A stretch of DNA of 63,752 nucleotides, the filler included, from Lama guanicoe (taxonomy: Eukaryota): the NCBI GenBank assembly GCA_013239625.1. It is 181 parts of 181 records of this genome, joined end to end, with 100 filler letters (N's around TTAATTAATTAA, not from the genome) between each part and the next. Parts side by side here need not be neighbours in the genome. Positions count along the whole stretch, not along the records: positions 36,319 to 36,571 come from PNXV01048817.1; positions 36,672 to 36,924 come from PNXV01048818.1; positions 37,025 to 37,277 come from PNXV01048819.1; positions 37,378 to 37,630 come from PNXV01048820.1; positions 37,731 to 37,983 come from PNXV01048821.1; positions 38,084 to 38,336 come from PNXV01048822.1; positions 38,437 to 38,689 come from PNXV01048823.1; positions 38,790 to 39,042 come from PNXV01048824.1; 173 more parts are not named here. One strand, 5' to 3'. Below, piece by piece: positions 36,219 through 48,220 of this stretch. The notes under the pieces are model-generated. The model searched no databases and was not told the DNA's origin. It saw only the letters and a program-made list of their open reading frames with translations. Within the stretch, counting starts at the first letter, position 1; each line of letters starts with the position of its first letter. The translations under genes were made by a program, and so were the position numbers.

Positions 36219-37769
36219 NNNNNNNNNNNNNNNNNNNNNNNNNNNNNNNNNNNNNNNNNNNNTTAATTAATTAANNNNNNNNNNNNNNNNNNNNNNNNNN
36301 NNNNNNNNNNNNNNNNNNTCGAAGTACGTACGACCTTCCGTGGGGTTATTTTTCTCTCCACCTGATTTATATTGTTTTGCTGTTTCTTTAATGTTGAGCA
36401 AGAACTTTATTTCTGTTTTTATGTTATTCAGTTTCTCCCTTTTTATAAGCTGTGTGCTCCGGTGTCTCAGTTTTCACACCCTGTTCAGCTATTTTAAATG
36501 TCTTAAAACCTTTCATCTTTGCTCACATTAACATTCACAAAGATTAAAAAATCAAAGAACATAAAATGCTTNNNNNNNNNNNNNNNNNNNNNNNNNNNNN
36601 NNNNNNNNNNNNNNNTTAATTAATTAANNNNNNNNNNNNNNNNNNNNNNNNNNNNNNNNNNNNNNNNNNNNTTAAACAGTGTCTGACAAAATAAACATCT
36701 TTGCTTCCAACTGTGTTTAATTCAGTCTAAAGTGTTTTCTCTTCCAACAAAGGGAGGGACCATATAGAAGAGTCATCCCAAATTGCTTGGGCTCCAGGCT
36801 CATAAGGCACCTGGGACTAAGTGTGATTGTGAGGGACATGACTGGGAGGAAGGTCACAAGAGCTCCAAAACCAGCTCCAACACAGACCTAATGAGCTTTG
36901 GCAGCAGCTGCACTGGCAGTGTAGNNNNNNNNNNNNNNNNNNNNNNNNNNNNNNNNNNNNNNNNNNNNTTAATTAATTAANNNNNNNNNNNNNNNNNNNN
37001 NNNNNNNNNNNNNNNNNNNNNNNNCACCAAGACCATGGCACAGTTCACGCCTGGCCTTGGTCTTCCATTGTTCATTTATTCCTTGCTTCCCGCCAGTACT
37101 TAGGCTTGTCCTAAACTCTGGTGATACGGGCAGAGCAGAGCTGTCCCTGCCCAAGGAGCTAATGGCCTTTTGGTTTGGAACAACTTCAGGGCACTGCATG
37201 GCGGGCTCAGGGTCTGGAGTCAGGTCACCTGGGTTTGAGTTCTGCTCTGCCGAGTGCCAGCCGGAAGACCTCACATGNNNNNNNNNNNNNNNNNNNNNNN
37301 NNNNNNNNNNNNNNNNNNNNNTTAATTAATTAANNNNNNNNNNNNNNNNNNNNNNNNNNNNNNNNNNNNNNNNNNNNCCCAGTCAACATTTGTAGAACCT
37401 CCTCTCTAATCAAGGGAAGTGCACATCGTCAGAGCCTTTATCCACAGTTGGAAACCCTGGGGCCATGCTGAGCCCTTACTGATATTCCCATCTTTCCTTT
37501 GCACAATCACCAGTACTGAGCATGCGACATTGTAGACCATGGGCCACAAAGTCTGCTGAGCACAGGATGCAATTAGGAACTCTAATTTGAGAAGACAGCT
37601 GCACCCCAGTGTTCACAGCAGCACTGTTTANNNNNNNNNNNNNNNNNNNNNNNNNNNNNNNNNNNNNNNNNNNNTTAATTAATTAANNNNNNNNNNNNNN
37701 NNNNNNNNNNNNNNNNNNNNNNNNNNNNNNTGAGCTCGTGGGAACTGTGAGAATAACTGATTATCAGCC

Positions 37770-37925
37770 AGGGTACCGTCGCGCGGCCTGCGCGCCTGCG
37801 GGGACCGGGAGCGGGCGGGCCCTTCGTTCGGCCCAGTGGAGCCGGCAGAGGCCGGGGGCGGCCGGGGCGGCCCGGCGGGAGCGGGGCCCAGTCCCCGACA
37901 GGCTGTGAAGCCGCACGGAAGCCTA
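37770..37925. promoter_or_regulatory. CpG-island fragment with GC boxes
   Basis: Very GC-rich with dense CpG and repeated GGGCGG (Sp/KLF-type) motifs. Confidence 0.65.
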
Positions 37926-38284
37926 GGTGTGAACGTGCTTGTTTGCAACCTGGAAAACCCCTGAATAATCGAAGAGCAAACATNNNNNNNNNNNNNNNNN
38001 NNNNNNNNNNNNNNNNNNNNNNNNNNNTTAATTAATTAANNNNNNNNNNNNNNNNNNNNNNNNNNNNNNNNNNNNNNNNNNNNTCCCAGTTAAGCAGGGT
38101 AAGCAGCTGACCCTGACAGGAGAAAACCACACTGCCATGCTGGCTGGTCTCACTTTAACGCTCCCATGAACGCTCACCAAGTGGCCCTTAGCTACCCGCA
38201 ATCCTCCTGCTCCATTAGCCCATTCACCCTCCTACTGTCCTGGACAACTGGCTCATAGCTCTTCCTTACTCTTTGTTTTTGGGG

Positions 38285-38336
38285 TTTTTTTTTTTGAGGG
38301 GGGTAACTAGGTTTGTTTGTTTGCGTATTTTAATGG
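38285..38336 (-). mobile_element. Vic-1-type SINE 3' tail (truncated by contig end)
   Basis: T-run, then GAGGGGGGTAACTAGGTTTGTTTG...TTTTAATGG. Confidence 0.7.
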
Positions 38337-38436
38337 NNNNNNNNNNNNNNNNNNNNNNNNNNNNNNNNNNNNNNNNNNNNTTAATTAATTAANNNNNNNN
38401 NNNNNNNNNNNNNNNNNNNNNNNNNNNNNNNNNNNN

Positions 38437-38689
38437 GCTAAAGGTTACACAGAACAATTAATTGTAAAATATGACATCAAAACCAGTAATCATGAGGGAA
38501 GGAGAGTACGAATGGAGGGTATTCAAAATGCATTGGAGTTTATGAGATCAGCAACTGAAAACAATCTTGTATATATAGAGAGACTTTCATACCAAAGCCT
38601 CATGGTAACGGTAAATCAAAAATCTATAATAGATACACAGACACAAAAGAAAGAGAAAAGCAAACATAACACTAAAGATAGTCATCACA
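38437..38689 (+). mobile_element. L1 inter-ORF region (laurasiatherian type)
   Basis: CAAAGCCTCATGGTAAC...CAAAAATCTATAATAGATACACA...CATAACACTAAAGATAGTCATCA. Confidence 0.75.
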
Positions 38690-38789
38690 NNNNNNNNNNN
38701 NNNNNNNNNNNNNNNNNNNNNNNNNNNNNNNNNTTAATTAATTAANNNNNNNNNNNNNNNNNNNNNNNNNNNNNNNNNNNNNNNNNNNN

Positions 38790-39042
38790 GTATCTTTTTA
38801 CATCTTCTATAATAAGCCAGCAAATGTAAGAAGGTGGTTCCCTGAACTCTTTGAGCCATTCTAGCAAATTATCAAACTTAAGGAGCAGGTCATGGAAATC
38901 CTGGTTTATATCTAGTAGGTCAGAAGACTAGGTGACAACCCAGAACTTGTGATAAGCATCTAAAGTGAGAGCAGTCATGTGGAGCTGAGCCCTTAATTTA
39001 TGGAATCTGACACCAATTCCAGGTAGAGAGCGTCAGAATTGA
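38790..39042 (+). mobile_element. MER21-family LTR
   Basis: TTCCCTGAACTCTTTGAGCCATTCTAGCAAATTATCAAAC...GGTCAGAAG...CTGAGCCCTTAA...CCAGGTAGAGAGCGTCAGAATTGA. Confidence 0.85.
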
Positions 39043-39519
39043 NNNNNNNNNNNNNNNNNNNNNNNNNNNNNNNNNNNNNNNNNNNNTTAATTAATTAANN
39101 NNNNNNNNNNNNNNNNNNNNNNNNNNNNNNNNNNNNNNNNNNTCTCTTGTACATAAGCTTTCTGTGTGGGTGTCAGTTACTGGGAACCTGCAATGGCCTC
39201 TATATTGAGTCCCTGCCACCTGCCTGCCCTCCCAGCCCCCACCTCCACCCCCCGGGGTGCCAGGGGGCACGTCCATGTGCCTGCTTTCCCTCCTGAGCTG
39301 GTGAATGCCATGGCATCTATTACCATGTCTTCCAACAAACAGGATACCTGCTGCATAATTATCGAGTTACTCTGGCCTAATTCATTTCCCAGATTNNNNN
39401 NNNNNNNNNNNNNNNNNNNNNNNNNNNNNNNNNNNNNNNTTAATTAATTAANNNNNNNNNNNNNNNNNNNNNNNNNNNNNNNNNNNNNNNNNNNNTTTTT
39501 TTTCTTTTTATCTTTTTTT

Positions 39520-39748
39520 TTCTTTTTTAGGATGTGTTTAAACATATGGCTAACAGTTTAAAGCAAACAGGTATAGTAATGGATTAATATACTCGAAAAA
39601 CAGGGTGACCACAAATCAAAAGCATACAATGGAGTCACAAAAACCAAAAAGAAACCACAATAATACAAAAGAAACTTATCAAACCACAAAAAGAAAAAGA
39701 AAGAAACAAAGAGGAAATACCAAATCAACTGGAAAACTAAGTTCAAAA
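39520..39748 (+). mobile_element. L1 inter-ORF region just upstream of ORF2
   Basis: GAAAAACAGGGTGACCACAAATCAAAAGCATACAAT...AAATCAACTGGAAAAC. Confidence 0.72.
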
Positions 39749-39929
39749 NNNNNNNNNNNNNNNNNNNNNNNNNNNNNNNNNNNNNNNNNNNNTTAATTAA
39801 TTAANNNNNNNNNNNNNNNNNNNNNNNNNNNNNNNNNNNNNNNNNNNNGTATGGCTGCTGTTGGTTTACCTACAATAGTAAAGACTACGAGGAATAGCCC
39901 ATCGTATCTGCTAAGAGTTTGTCTTAAAC

Positions 39930-40101
39930 AATTTTTTTACATGAAATGTAATTGATTTACAAGATTATATTAGTTTCAAGTGTACAACATAGTGATTCAC
40001 TATTTCTATAGCTTACAATCTATATAAAGTTATTATAAAATGTTGGTTATATTCCCTGTGCTGTGCATTACATCCTTGAACTCATTTATTTTATACCTAA
40101 T
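39930..40101 (-). mobile_element. L1 3' end
   Basis: TTGATTTACAAGATTATATTAGTTTCAAGTGTACAACATAGTGATTCA. Confidence 0.88.
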
Positions 40102-40554
40102 NNNNNNNNNNNNNNNNNNNNNNNNNNNNNNNNNNNNNNNNNNNNTTAATTAATTAANNNNNNNNNNNNNNNNNNNNNNNNNNNNNNNNNNNNNNNNNNN
40201 NCCCTCTTAAGGGGGGATATTGTACTTATGCCTCAGAGGTTTATTCCAAGGGAACGACGAAAACACATGGAGTAAGAAAAGAAAACAGGCATCTTAAAAC
40301 AAAGGGAGGTATTAGAATCAACAAATGCAGATGACTTAACTTTATTAAATATTCAGAAACATGGGCTAAATCGTAAACACAGCATGGATAATCTCATTTT
40401 TGAGAGAATATTTCACTCCCCACTCTTGCTGTCTGAGGAGGGTATTAACTGCAGNNNNNNNNNNNNNNNNNNNNNNNNNNNNNNNNNNNNNNNNNNNNTT
40501 AATTAATTAANNNNNNNNNNNNNNNNNNNNNNNNNNNNNNNNNNNNNNNNNNNN

Positions 40555-40807
40555 CTTATGTCCACACAAAAACCTGCACACAGATATTTATAGCATATTT
40601 ATTTATAATTGCCAAAACTTGGAAGCAACCTTGGAAGATGTCCTTCATTAGGTGAATGGATAAATAAACAGCTGTATGTCCAGACAATGAAATAATATTT
40701 AGCACTAAAAAGAAGAGAGCTATGAAGCCATGAAAATACATGGGGAACTTTAAATGCCTATTCCTGTGAAAGAAGCTAATTTGAAAATGCTATGTTCTGT
40801 AAGATTC
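40555..40807 (+). mobile_element. L1MC-type 3' region
   Basis: TATGTCCACACAAAAACCTGCACACAGAT...AAGATGTCCTTCA...GCACTAAAAAGA. Confidence 0.9.
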
Positions 40808-40907
40808 NNNNNNNNNNNNNNNNNNNNNNNNNNNNNNNNNNNNNNNNNNNNTTAATTAATTAANNNNNNNNNNNNNNNNNNNNNNNNNNNNNNNNNNNNN
40901 NNNNNNN

Positions 40908-41050
40908 GGGGTGTAAGTTGAGTCGTTGCTGCTTACTGCTGCATGTGAGGGGTCTTTGTACGTTCTGGGTGCAGTCCCGTGTCAGATGTGTCTGGGCCGG
41001 CCTCTCTCCCAGCCGAGTAGCCTTCCAGCTCCCCCTCCTGTTCTGTGATA
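40908..41050 (-). mobile_element. GC-shifted old L1 ORF2 fragment
   Basis: TCTTTGTACGTTCTGGGTGCAGTCCCGTGTCAGATGTG parallels L1 TCTTTATATATTCTGGATACAAGTCCCTTATCAGATAT. Confidence 0.55.
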
Positions 41051-42319
41051 CTGCCACGCATGTGGATGTCTTGCATCTGTTTGCACCGCGAGTGTGTCTG
41101 TGCTTCCCACGTGAAGACGCAGGTTTTCGTCTCCCAACAACCCATTTTTGCCCTTCTGGANNNNNNNNNNNNNNNNNNNNNNNNNNNNNNNNNNNNNNNN
41201 NNNNTTAATTAATTAANNNNNNNNNNNNNNNNNNNNNNNNNNNNNNNNNNNNNNNNNNNNTATCCATTAGTGTGGCTCTACTTAAGTTTGTTTCCTTCCT
41301 GTTTTCAATTTTTTCACTTTTTCTATGTTCTTTTTACATACCTATTTACAACATGCCCCGCACTTAACTGATAATTTCGTGGACATAGAACTGAAAACAT
41401 ACACTCTGGCATTTCCTGCTTACAGTGCTGCTGTTGAGAAGGCTATTGCCATGTTGATTCTTCATTTTTGGCTTGAAACTAATTTTTTACCTCTCTGGAA
41501 GAGAGTCTTCTCTNNNNNNNNNNNNNNNNNNNNNNNNNNNNNNNNNNNNNNNNNNNNTTAATTAATTAANNNNNNNNNNNNNNNNNNNNNNNNNNNNNNN
41601 NNNNNNNNNNNNNCCCAGAAAACTTTCGAGCACAGAGAAGCAAGGTCTAGGGGAAACTATAACTAGAGGAAACTCAAGAACTTGGGTGTATATAAGCACT
41701 ATGTAACATTCCCACTACCCAATATATGAGACTTCAGAAAGTATTTCCAGCTGCCATTTATCAGAGGTGAGGTAATAATGACAAGGAAGGCACTGGCAAA
41801 GTGTTCCTAAGATTGTCACTGAGTAAGGCTGAGAGTCAACAGTCCTCTATCAACTAACAGTCACAANNNNNNNNNNNNNNNNNNNNNNNNNNNNNNNNNN
41901 NNNNNNNNNNTTAATTAATTAANNNNNNNNNNNNNNNNNNNNNNNNNNNNNNNNNNNNNNNNNNNNCTGCCCCCATGTCCTTCCTAGCTTACTTCCCTCA
42001 CTCTGAAACCTCCTGCTGAATATACATAATAACTGAGAATTTCAAAAGGGAAATTTTCTCCCAGGGGATTTTTTCTCTGCATTCTGTCAAAAAATTAGAC
42101 TTTTTAAACTTTGACAAACATCCTTCTGTGAAGGCTTCCCAGAATAACCTTTCTCTACCAAGGTTTGTATTTTGATAGCTTTAATTATCTTAAATTGTAA
42201 AATTCTCCAAACTCTTGCTNNNNNNNNNNNNNNNNNNNNNNNNNNNNNNNNNNNNNNNNNNNNTTAATTAATTAANNNNNNNNNNNNNNNNNNNNNNNNN
42301 NNNNNNNNNNNNNNNNNNN

Positions 42320-42572
42320 AGACTCACAGACATAGAGAACAAACTTATGGTTACCAGGGGCTAAAGGGAGTGGGAAATGGATAATTTGGGAATTTGAAAA
42401 TTGCACCTCTTGTGGAGTGATGGAAATGTTAGCTAACTTGATTGTTGTGGTTTCATGGGTGTATACAACTATCAAAATTCATCAAATTGCACATCTTAAA
42501 TACATGTAGTTTACTTTACTGTAGGAAACATACCACAATAAAACGTTAAAAATATAAAATAAAATGTAAAAA
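42320..42572 (+). mobile_element. Composite: younger L1 3' UTR (to about 42405) joined to an old L1MC/MD-type 3' end
   Basis: GACTCACAGACATAGAGAACAAACTTATGGTTACCAGGGG, then GTGATGGAAATGTT...GGGTGTATACA...ATCAAATTGCACA. Confidence 0.7.
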
Positions 42573-43731
42573 NNNNNNNNNNNNNNNNNNNNNNNNNNNN
42601 NNNNNNNNNNNNNNNNTTAATTAATTAANNNNNNNNNNNNNNNNNNNNNNNNNNNNNNNNNNNNNNNNNNNNACCTACGTTCTATACTCACCCACTTCCG
42701 CTACAGCTAGTAAGTTGCATTTAAGGCAACCTACCTTGCCCCTTCAATCCACCACTTCCAGACAAGCCACTCAAAATTAGTCTGCTCCAGAATTATTATA
42801 AAAATCCTGCAGGCAGGCTCCTGTCCTATATATGTCACCAAGACCAGGATCTCTCTCTCTGCCTGGACATCAGAAAGTCTTCTTGTTGGTGGGTCCTCTG
42901 CAAAAACCTTTCCTTATTTCGCATANNNNNNNNNNNNNNNNNNNNNNNNNNNNNNNNNNNNNNNNNNNNTTAATTAATTAANNNNNNNNNNNNNNNNNNN
43001 NNNNNNNNNNNNNNNNNNNNNNNNNCGGAACACTGAGAATACCAGAACACTTCTTCGTGTGTGTGCTACAGGTGGGGAAACAAATTCCACGTATCTTTAT
43101 GGGTGCACAGCTGTTTCCAGCTTGGGGATGTAGTTCAAACTCCTCCACTGACCATAGAGAGGCAATCACAAAAGCTTAGTTTTAGAGCCCAACCCACACA
43201 TCTCCCGCAAACCGTCCAAGTCAAAACTTCAGGAAAGAGAAGCTATGGGATTCTATTCGAACCCAGGCGCTGCTGTCANNNNNNNNNNNNNNNNNNNNNN
43301 NNNNNNNNNNNNNNNNNNNNNNTTAATTAATTAANNNNNNNNNNNNNNNNNNNNNNNNNNNNNNNNNNNNNNNNNNNNGGTTGCTCCTGAAGTAGGGCTA
43401 GAACTAGAATATCCTAGATATGATGAGAAAGTCTACATGGAGCCCAATCAACTCAGCTTTTAACGGCGTACTGCTTTCATGTCATAAAGGAAGGGGCATG
43501 CAATCCTTCGACTCTTCCATAAAAGTTTTCAAAGGAGACACTATCTAATGTTTCCTTTCAGTTCAGTTGGGTGAAGAATACCTGGGTGCTAGCCAGCATA
43601 GAGGTTGGGGGTGCGATTATAGTTACGTAACNNNNNNNNNNNNNNNNNNNNNNNNNNNNNNNNNNNNNNNNNNNNTTAATTAATTAANNNNNNNNNNNNN
43701 NNNNNNNNNNNNNNNNNNNNNNNNNNNNNNN

Positions 43732-43984
43732 TGAGCCAAATATATGATCTGCATGTGAATATAATTCCTTTCAACTAGATATGCACAAATGCTAAAGTAT
43801 TGTCTCTCATTTAAATCTATCAGGTTGATGCCAGAAGAAACCTTTCTATCACCTGGTCTCAGTATTTTTCCATTTCTCGTAAAACTAAGTCTTCTCACCC
43901 CTTCCCTAATGCATTGAAGTACTAGGCCATTTCAAAAGAAGGAACAAAATAATTGAAAGTAATCAGTGGGATTTTCTCTACCTA
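43732..43984 (+). repeat. Near-identical duplicate of contig 44438-44690
   Basis: Same ends, 7 substitutions, no indels (246/253). Confidence 0.98.
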
Positions 43985-44437
43985 NNNNNNNNNNNNNNNN
44001 NNNNNNNNNNNNNNNNNNNNNNNNNNNNTTAATTAATTAANNNNNNNNNNNNNNNNNNNNNNNNNNNNNNNNNNNNNNNNNNNNCTAAGGAATAAATATG
44101 GAATTTTTATTCTGTAGAGCAAAATTAGAATTCTCCTTTAATACAAAAAATATTCTAGTATTGTAGTTGCAAAATTTTAGTTTGGGTAAACACGTTCTTC
44201 AAATAAAACTGAATAGGACCCCTATATAAAAACAGCTAACACGTGTTTAATGTTCACCACGTGTCAGACCACTTGCAAAGCATTTCATTAGAAGTTATCT
44301 CATTTGATCTCACACTGACCCTGAAACGCAGGCAGGTNNNNNNNNNNNNNNNNNNNNNNNNNNNNNNNNNNNNNNNNNNNNTTAATTAATTAANNNNNNN
44401 NNNNNNNNNNNNNNNNNNNNNNNNNNNNNNNNNNNNN

Positions 44438-44690
44438 TGAGCCAAATATATGATCTGCATGTGAATATAATTCCTTTCAACTAGATGCGCACAAATGTTA
44501 AAGTATTGTCTCTCATTTAAATCTATCAGGTTGATGCCAGAAGAAACTTTTCTATCACCTGGTCTCAGTATTTTTCCCTTTCTCGTAAAACTAAGTCTGC
44601 TCACCCCTTCCCTAATGCATTGAAGTACTAGGCCATTTCAGAAGAAGGAACAAAATAATTGAAAGTAATCAGTGGGATTTTCTCTACCTA
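44438..44690 (+). repeat. Near-identical duplicate of contig 43732-43984
   Basis: Same ends, 7 substitutions, no indels (246/253). Confidence 0.98.
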
Positions 44691-45496
44691 NNNNNNNNNN
44701 NNNNNNNNNNNNNNNNNNNNNNNNNNNNNNNNNNTTAATTAATTAANNNNNNNNNNNNNNNNNNNNNNNNNNNNNNNNNNNNNNNNNNNNAGTCACACCT
44801 GCACGTCACAGTGTTCCTTCTTTCCACCTCTGTTCTCCGAAAGCCATTAGATGTGTAAGATGCCCATATTTACCAAAATAATTTTTTAATCTTACAGCTT
44901 CTTTAGTATTAACTTGCTCATAAATATTTAATTTTAACTCAAATGTCATCTCTTTCTCTAAGTAATATTACCTCTAGAAATAGCAGTGAATTCAGTTCAA
45001 ACAGAATGACATTTTATAAAAGAGATCTCTGTTTTCTATTTAANNNNNNNNNNNNNNNNNNNNNNNNNNNNNNNNNNNNNNNNNNNNTTAATTAATTAAN
45101 NNNNNNNNNNNNNNNNNNNNNNNNNNNNNNNNNNNNNNNNNNNCCTCTCAATGGGGGCTCCAGCGGGGCAGAGCACCCATGGGTGCTAGGCCCAGTGTGT
45201 TCCCCATTTCATTCCAGAGGACAGGGGAGGAGCCTTCTCAGACCATCATGCTGCCCCCTTCCCCCCAGCACACCCTGGTCATCTTGATCTATGTTGACAT
45301 TCTGACCTCTCCCATGAGTCACCAATGTTCTTAACGGCATCTAGAATGCCAAATCCTTTCCAGGCGGTTTTTAATAGACTGCCCAGATCAGTCAGANNNN
45401 NNNNNNNNNNNNNNNNNNNNNNNNNNNNNNNNNNNNNNNNTTAATTAATTAANNNNNNNNNNNNNNNNNNNNNNNNNNNNNNNNNNNNNNNNNNNN

Positions 45497-45749
45497 AGTT
45501 TATTTGGTCCTAGTAGAGGAACTTCAATTTGAGAAATGCATGCTACTGAGGAACAAAGGCAAATCCAGAAAAGAAGGAAGGAGGGGAATTTTGAGTTGGG
45601 AGGGGCTATGATAACCAACTAGTCCCCAGGAGGAAACTGCAAGAATCTAAAGTATGGAAGCTTCTCATTGGTTGAGCTACTTTAGCCTCTGATTGGCTGG
45701 GGTCTCTGATTGGCTGGGCTGTCACTGGGCAGAGAGAAGTTTTCTTCTT
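45497..45749 (-). mobile_element. Probable ERV LTR fragment with duplicated CCAAT motif
   Basis: CTCTGATTGGCTGGG occurs twice, plus CTCATTGGTTGAGCT; TTTATT near the start is an antisense polyA signal. Confidence 0.45.
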
Positions 45750-46024
45750 NNNNNNNNNNNNNNNNNNNNNNNNNNNNNNNNNNNNNNNNNNNNTTAATTA
45801 ATTAANNNNNNNNNNNNNNNNNNNNNNNNNNNNNNNNNNNNNNNNNNNNTTTGCCATTCCTGGTTCCTAATGACATGAACATCCTTACTTATTTATATAT
45901 TATAATAGCTTCAAAATAACTCTGCCAGTATTACCAACCACCAATGAGACTGTGAATATAATACAGTTTAAGATTCTCTTGTGATTTTTTATGTTCGTAG
46001 GATACATGCCATTAGTGGTGTGTA

Positions 46025-46102
46025 CAGCTGACCCTTGAACACCATGGGGGTTAGGGGTGCCGACCCTCTGCACAGTGGAAAATCTGCTTATAACTTAGAG
46101 TC
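46025..46102 (+). mobile_element. Tigger2/MER8-like MITE end
   Basis: TA followed by CAGCTGACCCTTGAACACCATGGGGGTTAGGGGTGCCGACCC. Confidence 0.8.
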
Positions 46103-46202
46103 NNNNNNNNNNNNNNNNNNNNNNNNNNNNNNNNNNNNNNNNNNNNTTAATTAATTAANNNNNNNNNNNNNNNNNNNNNNNNNNNNNNNNNNNNNNNNNN
46201 NN

Positions 46203-46305
46203 AGCCAGTAGCTCCATCCTCTATTTGTGACAACCAGGAATGTCTCCAGACATTGTCAGATGTCCCCTGAGGGGGGACAGAATCGCCCCCAGGTGAGAAC
46301 CACTG
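46203..46305 (-). mobile_element. MER20 hAT-Charlie element, 5' half
   Basis: Reverse reads CAGTGGTTCTCACCTGGGGGCGATTCTG...CAGGGGACATCTGACAATGTCTGGAGACATT...GGTTGTCACAA. Confidence 0.92.
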
Positions 46306-46555
46306 GTGTCGGGGTTAGTGGGAATGAGAATAGTAGTGATACCTGCTTGGTGGGGTTGTTGGAAGCTTTAAATCACATGGTTGGACAAAGACCTGATAAC
46401 CTTCCTAATAAGAACTTAGAGTGACATCTGTCCTGACTGTCATGAGTCGGCATTCNNNNNNNNNNNNNNNNNNNNNNNNNNNNNNNNNNNNNNNNNNNNT
46501 TAATTAATTAANNNNNNNNNNNNNNNNNNNNNNNNNNNNNNNNNNNNNNNNNNNN

Positions 46556-46808
46556 GTTTTGATTTGCATTTCTCTGATGATTAGTGATATTGAGCATTTT
46601 TTATGTGCTTTTTGATCATTTGTACGTCTTCCTTGGGCAATTGCTTGTTTAGGTCTTTTCCCGTTTTTGGATTGGGTTGTTTGGTTGTTTCTTATTAAGT
46701 CATACAAGGTGTTTATATATTCTGGAGATCAAGCCTTTGTCGGCTTCATTTGCAAAAACTTTCTCCCATTCCATAGGTTGTCTTTTTGCTTTACTTATGG
46801 TTTCCTTT
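46556..46808 (-). mobile_element. L1 ORF2 C-terminal fragment
   Basis: Translates HKKCSISLIIREMQIK. Confidence 0.93.
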
Positions 46809-47967
46809 NNNNNNNNNNNNNNNNNNNNNNNNNNNNNNNNNNNNNNNNNNNNTTAATTAATTAANNNNNNNNNNNNNNNNNNNNNNNNNNNNNNNNNNNN
46901 NNNNNNNNCATTTTAGCCAAGCAAGCAGTTTCCATATGCAAAGTTTATTCTTTAATCTTTTAGCATGTTAAATAATTATTTTTATTAGTATTTTTCTAAT
47001 GTCGGTGCTGACCTTGATGTTGATTAATGCTAGGCTAAAATATTAAACTCATTAATTCAATCTGTGATTATTGAGCACCTCCTAGGTGCATGGCATTGAA
47101 GGATATGAAGATGAATGAGACCCAGTTGCTGCCTTTAAGGACGTAAAAATCTAGTACCAGTNNNNNNNNNNNNNNNNNNNNNNNNNNNNNNNNNNNNNNN
47201 NNNNNTTAATTAATTAANNNNNNNNNNNNNNNNNNNNNNNNNNNNNNNNNNNNNNNNNNNNAAGCCTCCAGGGCTGGTGGTTTCCAGAGGCTCAGAGGCT
47301 GAGGTGGACAATGCGATGAGACCCCAGCTGTCCCCATCCCCTCCCAGCTGTGGCCAGTTCTGGGCCTGCCGACTGAGCTGAGACTGGGCTGAGGAAGAGC
47401 TGCAGTCAGAGCACCTGATGTGCTGGTGAACAGGGTCATCGGTGCTCTGGCTGTGTCACTGACCCAGACCTGGCTATGGGTGGAGGGGGCCCACCCCCCG
47501 GAGCAGGTGCCCCCNNNNNNNNNNNNNNNNNNNNNNNNNNNNNNNNNNNNNNNNNNNNTTAATTAATTAANNNNNNNNNNNNNNNNNNNNNNNNNNNNNN
47601 NNNNNNNNNNNNNNTATATATATATATATTTATCATTTGGTTTGAAATGGTGAGTAAAGACTAGGCATTGCCTGCCCTCTAGAACTTACTCCTCTGTTGA
47701 GGGACTATTGACTGAATAACATAAGAATTTATAAAACATTGTCAATGAATGTGTATTATTTCAAACTTATGTGCATAAAGCATTATTAAGTGGTCTTGAG
47801 CAAGTTTTCAGGAAGGTATCTGTAATCCATTATTGCTTCTTGCCTGGTTTTTGCATTTACAGCTAATNNNNNNNNNNNNNNNNNNNNNNNNNNNNNNNNN
47901 NNNNNNNNNNNTTAATTAATTAANNNNNNNNNNNNNNNNNNNNNNNNNNNNNNNNNNNNNNNNNNNN

Positions 47968-48220
47968 GTTTTGCCCTGTGTTCCCACTCATCCATGGTGT
48001 GCAGCATCCTGCAGTACCCTTGGGTTGCCTCTGTGCAGCCTACCCCGGTCCTCTGACAGGCTTGGGCAGCCTGTCCCGTCCCCCACTGCCACTTTGTCTC
48101 TAGGGCTGTGGGTTCTGGAGACTCTTTATGCCCATTGAACTTAGTTCTGTTGATCAAAGGCTGTTCCATACAGATCTGAGCCTCAGAGGTTCCCCCCTCC
48201 ATCCCTCTGACCTCTCCATT
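47968..48220. repeat. Interspersed repeat, copy 2 (homologous to 21885-22100)
   Basis: Anchors at 47992-48006 and 48171-48189. Confidence 0.8.

Noticed and set aside
43680..44604. Tandemly duplicated 72-aa gene
   Set aside because: The ORFs start at GTG, run into Ns and lie in twin contigs; there is no evidence of coding or of tandem arrangement
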